A stretch of 64,000 nucleotides of DNA. Origin: Candidatus Zambryskibacteria bacterium RIFCSPLOWO2_01_FULL_39_39. Its GTDB lineage: Bacteria > Patescibacteriota > Minisyncoccia > Phycocordibacterales > WO2-35-19. Shown here piece after piece: positions 57,414 to 64,000 of this stretch. Location of the stretch: assembly GCA_001823925.1 (NCBI GenBank), contig MHWB01000009.1:25086-89085 (forward strand). The letters run 5' to 3'. Numbering within the stretch: position 1 is the stretch's first letter; each line of letters opens with the position of its first letter. The notes under the pieces were generated by a model. That model ran no database searches. It saw nothing but the letters and a program-made list of their open reading frames with translations, and was not told where the DNA came from. The position numbers and the translations under genes are program-made.

Positions 57414-57849
57414 ACGACATCAAGAAACAAGAAGTCCAACAGTTTTAAGGGTGGGCCAAGCAACCAGACAAGACATCATCGCAGACCGGTTAGTCTTGGT
57501 GGTGAAAGCATAAGGAAAAATATTTCTTACGTTCCTCATTTTAAGCATAAGGCTTGGCATATACTATTTGATAACTTTAATGTACTTAAAATACTTGGGT
57601 TGTTTCAGGAGTACTACGATGTCTTTTGTGTGGATAAGGGAAAGTCTGCTTCAAGGTTGCGACGCGACAAAGAATGGATTCAGGCAAAGCCATATAGGAT
57701 CAGAAAACAACAAGCTTGGAGTATTCTCTTTCGTGGTCTCTCTGGAGCAGATCGTTTCCTATATTAATGAAATATGGCTTGATCCTGATTATGAGTTGGT
57801 AATTGTGCCTGACAAGTGTCAAAGGATCACGATCGGATCAAAAAAGTAG
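57414..57849 (+). pseudogene. Decayed HNH-like gene
   Basis: SD AGGAGG, then ACG; TRHHRRPVSLGG / NISYVPHFKHKAWHILF / SLEQIVSYINEIWLDPDY lie in three successive frames. Confidence 0.65.
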
Positions 57850-57896
57850 TGCGCAGAATATTTGGAGAAGTGTGGAAAGACCATCTTCTCCTCTTT

Positions 57897-58673
57897 TTAT
57901 TTCAAATTTTTTAAATATGCCAGAGCACCGTAGAGACCGCCAAAATCTCCGAGCTCAACTTTTCTAATAGTCGGAATTTCAGGGAAGATTTTGAGAATCT
58001 CTCTGAGATACCTTTCTGTTTTATCTAGAGGGATAGCGGGGTCACCGGTAATCATTGAGCCACCCAAGACTACACAATTTGGTGACCATTCTACAATTAT
58101 ATTATTTAAACCGACAGCCAACATTTTTGCGTGTTCGTCCCAGACATTTTCGTCGTGTATTTCTTTTGGGTTCTTACCCGTCCGCTCTTTCAAAGCTTTG
58201 CCAGAGATCATTTCTTCCAAAGTTTTTTTGCTATTCATATCTATAATTTGATTTCCCGGTTCAAAGCCAATCGCTTTCTCATCTATTTTGCTATTTACAA
58301 TTCTAGCACCTCCAACACCGGTGGAAACGGTGATGTAGGCTACTATATTGAAACCCTTGCCCGCTCCCCAACTAGCCTCACCAAGCCCTACCATTGCGGC
58401 ATCATTTTCTATGAAGATATCTGCCCCAAAAGCTTTTTGGAGATCGTCTTTAAATTTTCCTTCAGTCCATCCGGAGATACTGCGACTCATGCCACCGATT
58501 ATTTTTTTGATTTCTCTGCCACTCCTTAGTTTGTTTACTTTTTCGCTAAATAATTTAAAACCATCTTCATAATTTTTTGGGGTTTCAAAAACTTCAGGGG
58601 TTTCAAAGATTTCCCCATTTATTGAATAGGCCATTCTTGTTTTTGTCGCTCCAATGTCAAATAAGATATACAT
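57897..58673 (-). CDS. ROK-family sugar kinase
   Basis: FDIGATK, ENDAA..GEA..GAG, STGVGG. Confidence 0.9.
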   Translation of the reverse strand: MYILFDIGATKTRMAYSINGEIFETPEVFETPKNYEDGFKLFSEKVNKLRSGREIKKIIGGMSRSISGWTEGKFKDDLQKAFGADIFIENDAAMVGLGEASWGAGKGFNIVAYITVSTGVGGARIVNSKIDEKAIGFEPGNQIIDMNSKKTLEEMISGKALKERTGKNPKEIHDENVWDEHAKMLAVGLNNIIVEWSPNCVVLGGSMITGDPAIPLDKTERYLREILKIFPEIPTIRKVELGDFGGLYGALAYLKNLK

Positions 58674-58681
58674 AATTTTTT

Positions 58682-59677
58682 TTAAATTAATTTTTCTTTG
58701 TATTCCTCTACTCTTGGTTGATCATAAGGGTTTATTTGGAGCATTTCTGCCAGAGAAAGTGTGACTTCTATCATAAGGGCCATAAATTTACCCAACTCTC
58801 TTTCATTTATTTCAGGCATCTCATATTTTTCAAACGGTAGTGTCGCCTCTTCGTATGCTCGTACAGTCTTTTCATAAGTTGATTCATTTATACTATTGCC
58901 AATTTCTTTAAGCGACATTAGAAATATTGTAAACCTATTTTTGGGGCCACCCAAATAAAGCTCTAACATCGAATGCAAGTCGGTGGGACCTATGGATACG
59001 GTAGGAGTCAACGTAGAGAGACTTTCGGCGATGAGTTGCCTACACCATTTTCCCAAATCTTCAAGCTCTGAATTGAAAATAAAAAAATCCAATATCTCTA
59101 CTCCTTTTTTATAATTATCAAAAATATTTTTAGCTAAAATAAGCGACTTATTGTTTACAGTCTCATCTTCGCATTCTTTCGCCATTTCTTTGCCACCTTC
59201 CACAAAAGCATTGGCGTCTAGCCCAGCAATAGAAAGGATGGTGATATGGGGGGTAGTAAAAGCGCTAAAACGGCCACCGGTTTCCCCTTCCCAAGGTAAT
59301 TTTTCTATCCCCTTTTCTTCGGCCAGGTTCCAAAGTTGAGAGTTTTTGGAGGAGATAACTACTACTCTTTCATTTGTGGATGCTCCGAACTTTTCAGATA
59401 AAATATCAAATGTTTTGCGGAAAGACTCCAATGTCTCCATGGTTTTGCCTGATTTGCTCACAGCGATTAAGATAACATCTTCTAAATTTGCTATTTCTGT
59501 TTGAACAAGATTTTTTAGCTTGTCGTATTCGTTTACATCTGGGGATTCTAGGAAAAATATTTTTTTCTCTACATCTTTTTTGTGTAAGGTTAAGGCATTC
59601 CAAACCGCTTTTGAGGCCAAGTCAGAGCCTCCTATGCCGACTACAAAAATAAACTTAGAGTTTTGATACTTTTCCAT
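58682..59677 (-). CDS. Glucose-6-phosphate isomerase-like SIS protein (short)
   Basis: GIGGSDL, SKSGKTMET, GGRFS, QLIAES, NPYDQPRVE. Confidence 0.85.
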   Translation of the reverse strand: MEKYQNSKFIFVVGIGGSDLASKAVWNALTLHKKDVEKKIFFLESPDVNEYDKLKNLVQTEIANLEDVILIAVSKSGKTMETLESFRKTFDILSEKFGASTNERVVVISSKNSQLWNLAEEKGIEKLPWEGETGGRFSAFTTPHITILSIAGLDANAFVEGGKEMAKECEDETVNNKSLILAKNIFDNYKKGVEILDFFIFNSELEDLGKWCRQLIAESLSTLTPTVSIGPTDLHSMLELYLGGPKNRFTIFLMSLKEIGNSINESTYEKTVRAYEEATLPFEKYEMPEINERELGKFMALMIEVTLSLAEMLQINPYDQPRVEEYKEKLI

Positions 59678-59779
59678 AAAAGAATTATAACATTATAAAT
59701 AAAAAACTCCCCGCGACAGTCGCCTGGCGCGGGAAGCCGGTCCATAACCGGTAAAAGACCCCTGAAGCATGAAAGCGAA

Positions 59780-59959
59780 TTACTGCAACTTCGGGCTACC
59801 TCCGTTTTTCGTTTGGGCCGGTTGGGCCTTCTTCGCGATAGGTGGAGCGAGAGGTGGACGTAGGTCGGGTGACCTTTCTGCATAACAGGATGGTGGTCCT
59901 GGTCGCAAGCCCCAAGCACTTGGGGGTGTCCACATTTGGCTCTTTGTGGGAACCTTCAT
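59780..59959 (-). CDS. Pro-rich small protein (cassette)
   Basis: AAGGAG SD, TTGCTT-17-TATAAA promoter, terminator at 59701-59737. Confidence 0.4.
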   Translation of the reverse strand: MKVPTKSQMWTPPSAWGLRPGPPSCYAERSPDLRPPLAPPIAKKAQPAQTKNGGSPKLQ

Positions 59960-60345
59960 TGATTTCTCCTTGTTCATTTTACCTCGGGGGAGGTTTGTAC
60001 AACTTTTAATTTTATACACCCTATTTAAAAATAAAGCAAGCAAAAGGCCACTGTGGAAAACTCACACAGCGGCCAAATCTGACCCCTATTCCCACCAAGC
60101 TAACAGTAGATAACCGCTTTCTCCTGCGGATGTTGTAGTCTCCTTTTGGTAAGAGACCACTTTCTCCTACTTTTTCGATGGCTTCTTCCTTCGCTGTGAG
60201 CCATTTTTGGACAGGCTCTCTTAGTCTTCGGAAGTATTCGAGTTCGAACCATCTGATTGTTGCTCCAATTCTGGTGGTATAACTGCTTCTAGAAAAATAC
60301 TATATTACTAAAAAGAAAAGTCAAGCGAGCAAAAACTGTGGATAT

Positions 60346-60864
60346 TTAATTATTTAATTCTGAAAATTTTACCCAAGTCGGAGGCTCAAAAATAGTGTTG
60401 TCTACTTCTGGCCAAATTTCACATTTGTATGACATTTCATCTTTGGTGCCTATGATTTGAGCTTGTTCTTGAGGGGAAGCATTTCTAGAAGCACTTTTTG
60501 CCACAGAAGATTTGTAGCCTATATTTTGTAGACTCGTCCAAATAAAAGCTTCCTCATCTTTTATTATTAGAAAGCTATTAAATTCTTTTGCTTCGGAAGC
60601 ATCAGTCCTTATCCTAAATTCTTCATAAATTTTTGATCCATCGGTATGTACCACTCCGGCGATTTTAGAGATACCGTCTGATTTTTCAAAAGTACAGATG
60701 TAGGGCTTGCCCAATTTCATAATGCTTTCAATCGTATAGTTACCGTTTATTTTGCCGTCCTCCGCTACTATCGGAGTTGCTGACTTACTCCCGTAAACAT
60801 AAACAAGTATGCCTACAACTACTACCGCTATTACCCCTAGCCAAAATGTTATTTTATTTTTCAT
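60346..60864 (-). CDS. Hypothetical membrane-anchored protein
   Basis: N-terminal TM, Cys pair, FEPP..VKF end. Confidence 0.7.
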   Translation of the reverse strand: MKNKITFWLGVIAVVVVGILVYVYGSKSATPIVAEDGKINGNYTIESIMKLGKPYICTFEKSDGISKIAGVVHTDGSKIYEEFRIRTDASEAKEFNSFLIIKDEEAFIWTSLQNIGYKSSVAKSASRNASPQEQAQIIGTKDEMSYKCEIWPEVDNTIFEPPTWVKFSELNN

Positions 60865-60893
60865 TTAACAATTTTATCATTATTTTTGGTTTT

Positions 60894-61499
60894 CTACCAC
60901 TCCTTTATAGCGGCTCCCCTCACTTCTATTTTACCAGCAGGCCTTATGAATTTTATATTTTTTTTAGGTATGAAATTTATATGTGGCGATTTATCAAGTG
61001 CTTCGGCTATTTTATCCAAATCCTCAGCCTCTGTTATCCACGAAGTCCCAAATTTTTTCCAAATATCAAATGGTTTTGAGAAAGATGATAAAGTTTTTTC
61101 TCCCGAGTCCAAAAAATATTCATGAAAGAAAGACATCGCCAGTTCGCGAACATTTTTATAAATCGGATCGCGAAAACGCAGTACAGAATGGTTGGTCTTA
61201 CTTATCGCTCCCCAAAACCCATTGATCTTGAAAATACAGAGAGTGTGGTCGCTGTCTTTTTTTAAATCTTTAACTTTTAAATCCAAAAGATAGTTTTCTA
61301 TTTTGTGGCGTTGTAAACAAAAGCAGGCAAAAATAGCCCCCTCAAAACAATGGGCTTTTTTGTTTTGGAACATTTTTGAAGGTGACATATAAGTCTCCCT
61401 CCCTTCTTCAAAATTGAAAGGTATTTTGTCCAAAAAATCTTGCACTTTTTTGGGAGTGTTTAGTTTTTTTATCAGAGAGGTTATCTGGTCTTTTGTCAT
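60894..61499 (-). CDS. Transglutaminase-like (Cys-His) protein
   Basis: TPKKVQDFL, AHCFEGA, DHTL, WGAISKTN. Confidence 0.7.
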   Translation of the reverse strand: MTKDQITSLIKKLNTPKKVQDFLDKIPFNFEEGRETYMSPSKMFQNKKAHCFEGAIFACFCLQRHKIENYLLDLKVKDLKKDSDHTLCIFKINGFWGAISKTNHSVLRFRDPIYKNVRELAMSFFHEYFLDSGEKTLSSFSKPFDIWKKFGTSWITEAEDLDKIAEALDKSPHINFIPKKNIKFIRPAGKIEVRGAAIKEW

Positions 61500-61542
61500 T
61501 TTTTAATTATACTATAATCATCATCCAATCTATGTTTTATCT

Positions 61543-62595
61543 ATGTTTTATCAAAAAGTTTTAAAACCCATACTTTTTAAGTTTGATCCAGAAAAAGTGC
61601 ATAATCTAATTGTTTTTTTAGGTCCTTTTTTGGGAAAAAGTTTTGTCCTAAGAAAATTAGTTGCCCTTTTTTATAAATACAAAGGCAGAGATATTTCAAA
61701 AACGATTGACGGTTTAACCTATCGGACCCCCTTTATACTTTCGGCCGGTTTTGATTACAACGGTAAGCTCTTAAACATTTTGCCAGAAATATCTTTTGGA
61801 GGTGTGGAGGTAGGTTCTATTACCGCCAGAGCTTGTCTGGGAAACAAAAAACCTCGTTTGACTCGGCTTCCAAAATCACAGAGTATTATCGTCAATAAGG
61901 GACTGTGTAATGATGGAGTGGATGAAATTATCAAGCGACTTAAAAATTATAAAAGGAGAAATGATTTTGTAATCGGCATTTCTATTGCTCGAACCAATGA
62001 TGAAAAAGCCTCGGCAGTAGAAGAGGGCGTTCTAGACTATTTTTATAGTTTTAAGAGATTAAACGAAGAAGATGTTGGCGACTATTATACTCTAAATATT
62101 TCTTGCCCGAATTCTTTTACTGGAGGAACTTTCACTAATCCAGCGTTACTTTCGCTATTGCTTTCGAAAATTTCTTCTATCAAATGTCACAAACCGATTT
62201 ATATAAAAATGCCTATAAATTTGGAGTGGCCAGAGTTTGATAACTTGCTCAAAATAATAGAAAAATTTGAAAATATCAAAGGAGTAGTTATAGGGAATTT
62301 AAACAAAGATTATAATTCCTTAGATTTTAAAATAGAAGTACCAAAAAAATTTGGGGGTGGTTTAAGTGGCAAGCCGTGTTTTGAAATTTCAAACGAATTA
62401 ATCAAAAAAACCAAGGTTACTTATGGTAATAGGTTTACTATTATTGGTTGTGGTGGAGTGTTCTCTTCCAAAGATATGATTTCAAAATTTGAGGCTGGAT
62501 CGGACTTGGTGGCTTTAATAACCGGTATGATTTATAATGGACCGGGGCTTATAAAAGAGCTTTCAAATCATTATGCAACCTCACATGAATACTAA
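61543..62595 (+). CDS. pyrD: Quinone-dependent dihydroorotate dehydrogenase
   Basis: DPEKVH, SAGFD, NISCPN, GGLSG, IIGCGGV. Confidence 0.93.
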   Translation: MFYQKVLKPILFKFDPEKVHNLIVFLGPFLGKSFVLRKLVALFYKYKGRDISKTIDGLTYRTPFILSAGFDYNGKLLNILPEISFGGVEVGSITARACLGNKKPRLTRLPKSQSIIVNKGLCNDGVDEIIKRLKNYKRRNDFVIGISIARTNDEKASAVEEGVLDYFYSFKRLNEEDVGDYYTLNISCPNSFTGGTFTNPALLSLLLSKISSIKCHKPIYIKMPINLEWPEFDNLLKIIEKFENIKGVVIGNLNKDYNSLDFKIEVPKKFGGGLSGKPCFEISNELIKKTKVTYGNRFTIIGCGGVFSSKDMISKFEAGSDLVALITGMIYNGPGLIKELSNHYATSHEY

Positions 62596-63334
62596 AAAAG
62601 CATTGTTAATTATAGTTTTAGTGATAATAGCGGGTGCTTTAACCTTCTTTATTTCTAAGTCTAGAAGCAATTATTCCCAAACGGCAACTTCTACTCCAAA
62701 AGTGGAGGAGGGCGGTTTACATACTGGTATCCAAATCAAACCAGAACTGCCGGGGCAAACTCTGCCCTTCTCCAATGATCCCAAAGATTTGGCTTGGGCT
62801 GTTTTCCAAAAATATTTGGGGTATAACAAAGACCAAAATTTGGAAGGTGTGAGGGGTGTTGTTTATAAAGTAGCTTCTGTTTGCGAAGATCCCAAAACCA
62901 CTATTGATTGCAAGGCGAGAATGAATCTAGCTTGGGAATACGGCAATGTTTTAAAAAAGGAAGATTTTGTAAATGTCTGGGAAGATAGCAAACAAATTAT
63001 TTTAGCAACTGATTTTAAAACAAGAGAAGATGATAGTATTATTGGTCGCGATAGATCCATCATATTTTTTGTGAGAGATGAAAATAAAAACTTAAAAATG
63101 TTGAGCTTTAGCCCTTTTAAAGGTGTTATTGTAAACAAGGGCACTGCGTCCCAAGAAGAATTAAATGATAGGATTGTTCGTTATACGGAAGATAAAGATA
63201 AGGACGGTATAGCGGATTATGATGAAGAATGTCTAGCGGTCAAAGAAGGGCAAACTTGCACCCAAACAAATCCAAAAATCCGCGATACTGATGGTGACGG
63301 TCTCTGGGATGGTATAGAAGCGTTGATTCAATAG
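62585..63334 (+). CDS. Membrane-anchored protein with Ca-binding DxDxDG (TSP3-like) repeats
   Basis: DKDKDGIADYDE, DTDGDGLWDGIE. Confidence 0.75.
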   Translation: MNTKKALLIIVLVIIAGALTFFISKSRSNYSQTATSTPKVEEGGLHTGIQIKPELPGQTLPFSNDPKDLAWAVFQKYLGYNKDQNLEGVRGVVYKVASVCEDPKTTIDCKARMNLAWEYGNVLKKEDFVNVWEDSKQIILATDFKTREDDSIIGRDRSIIFFVRDENKNLKMLSFSPFKGVIVNKGTASQEELNDRIVRYTEDKDKDGIADYDEECLAVKEGQTCTQTNPKIRDTDGDGLWDGIEALIQ

Positions 63335-63376
63335 TTTACAAATTAATTTATAGTTGCTATTAATTTCGTTTCAAAC

Positions 63377-63412
63377 ACTTAACAAATTAAACGATCGTTT
63401 AATTTGTTAAGT
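63377..63412. repeat. Perfect 36-bp palindrome downstream of the PaaX/Cas2-like gene
   Basis: acttaacaaattaaacgatcgtttaatttgttaagt. Confidence 0.95.
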
Positions 63413-63429
63413 AGCGAAATTTGGAATAC

Positions 63430-63918
63430 TTATCTTTTGCTAATTTGATAAGGTTTTGCCAATTTGAATGTTTTTATGTAAGTATACAAATCCATCTCTT
63501 TTAAATGAGCACCAAATTTTTTAGGTAAAGGGCTTGGGCCGACCCAAACACTTTTTTGAATCATAGAATATTGAAATTCTCGGAGATGCCATCTGAGCCA
63601 ATTTCTCTCAGCTTTTCTTGATTCGGGGATATCAAACATAAGTAAAAGATTTTTTGGAGCGTTGAGAATAAATGGTGAATGGAATTTTAGCGATAATTTT
63701 CTTTTATTTTCACAATATTCCTTACCTTCTTTGGTGAGAATCCATTTCCCCGATTTTATTTCTACCAGTCCATTTTTTCGTAATCTAGACATGGTACTAT
63801 GAAAGGAATTTTTATTGTGCTCAAATGGTTTTGGTATCCCAAGTAAATTTACTCGCATTCCTTTATAACTCAAATGAGTGTTCCAAAGGTCTTCTAGTAT
63901 TTCCATTACAAGACTCAT
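63430..63918 (-). CDS. PaaX-like protein: winged HTH plus Cas2-like ferredoxin domain
   Basis: TMSRLRKNGLVE..WILTKEG (wHTH); LLMFDIPESRKAERNWLR..L..MIQKSVW (Cas2-like); likely ATG at 63918. Confidence 0.85.
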   Translation of the reverse strand: MSLVMEILEDLWNTHLSYKGMRVNLLGIPKPFEHNKNSFHSTMSRLRKNGLVEIKSGKWILTKEGKEYCENKRKLSLKFHSPFILNAPKNLLLMFDIPESRKAERNWLRWHLREFQYSMIQKSVWVGPSPLPKKFGAHLKEMDLYTYIKTFKLAKPYQISKR

Positions 63919-63944
63919 AATATGCAATTATATCACCTGTCACA

Positions 63945-63986
63945 CAGACTTAACAAATTAAACGATCGTTTTATTTGTTAAGTCTG
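63945..63986. repeat. 42-bp palindrome (1 mismatch) upstream of the PaaX/Cas2-like gene
   Basis: cagacttaacaaattaaacgatcgttttatttgttaagtctg; core 35/36 identical to the 63377 copy. Confidence 0.95.
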
Positions 63987-64000
63987 CTAGCTTTAACATT

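Noticed and set aside
63377-63986. CRISPR array suggested by 36-bp repeats next to a Cas2-like gene
   Set aside because: Only two copies, separated by a whole gene, fully palindromic, with no spacers or cas1 in view
1-64000. Alternative genetic code (UGA recoding)
   Set aside because: Conserved genes translate full length with code 11 and TGA is used as a stop

Overview
A 64 kb AT-rich chromosomal segment, most likely from a Patescibacteria/CPR (Parcubacteria-like) bacterium. That assignment is inferred from compact AspRS/AlaRS, the lack of Shine-Dalgarno sites on core genes, and CPR-type hypothetical families. The backbone runs mostly on the minus strand and carries housekeeping genes: scpAB, aspS, trpS, grpE-dnaK-dnaJ, infA-rpmJ-rpsM-rpsK-rpsD-rpoA-rplQ-rplM-rpsI, alaS, mnmA, mltG, leuS, ychF and pyrD. 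Self-contained, often GC-richer cassettes (promoter, SD, ORF, terminator) interrupt it, including two proteins with an Acidobacteria-type C-terminal domain, an NfeD-flotillin operon and a LysM operon. No rRNA, tRNA or CRISPR array was seen. Main observations: (1) a wHTH/Cas2-like (PaaX-type) gene bracketed by two near-identical 36-bp palindromes, with a third diverged copy translated in frame inside mnmA; (2) several families of short palindromic or repeat elements translated in frame inside essential proteins, including a DUF559 nuclease cassette with inverted ends in LeuS; (3) promoter-driven ORF-less structured RNA candidates, including a tandem pair with 16 nt of perfect complementarity; (4) a pervasive leaderless-mRNA signature on core genes. 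All family assignments come from motif recognition by eye; no searches were run.
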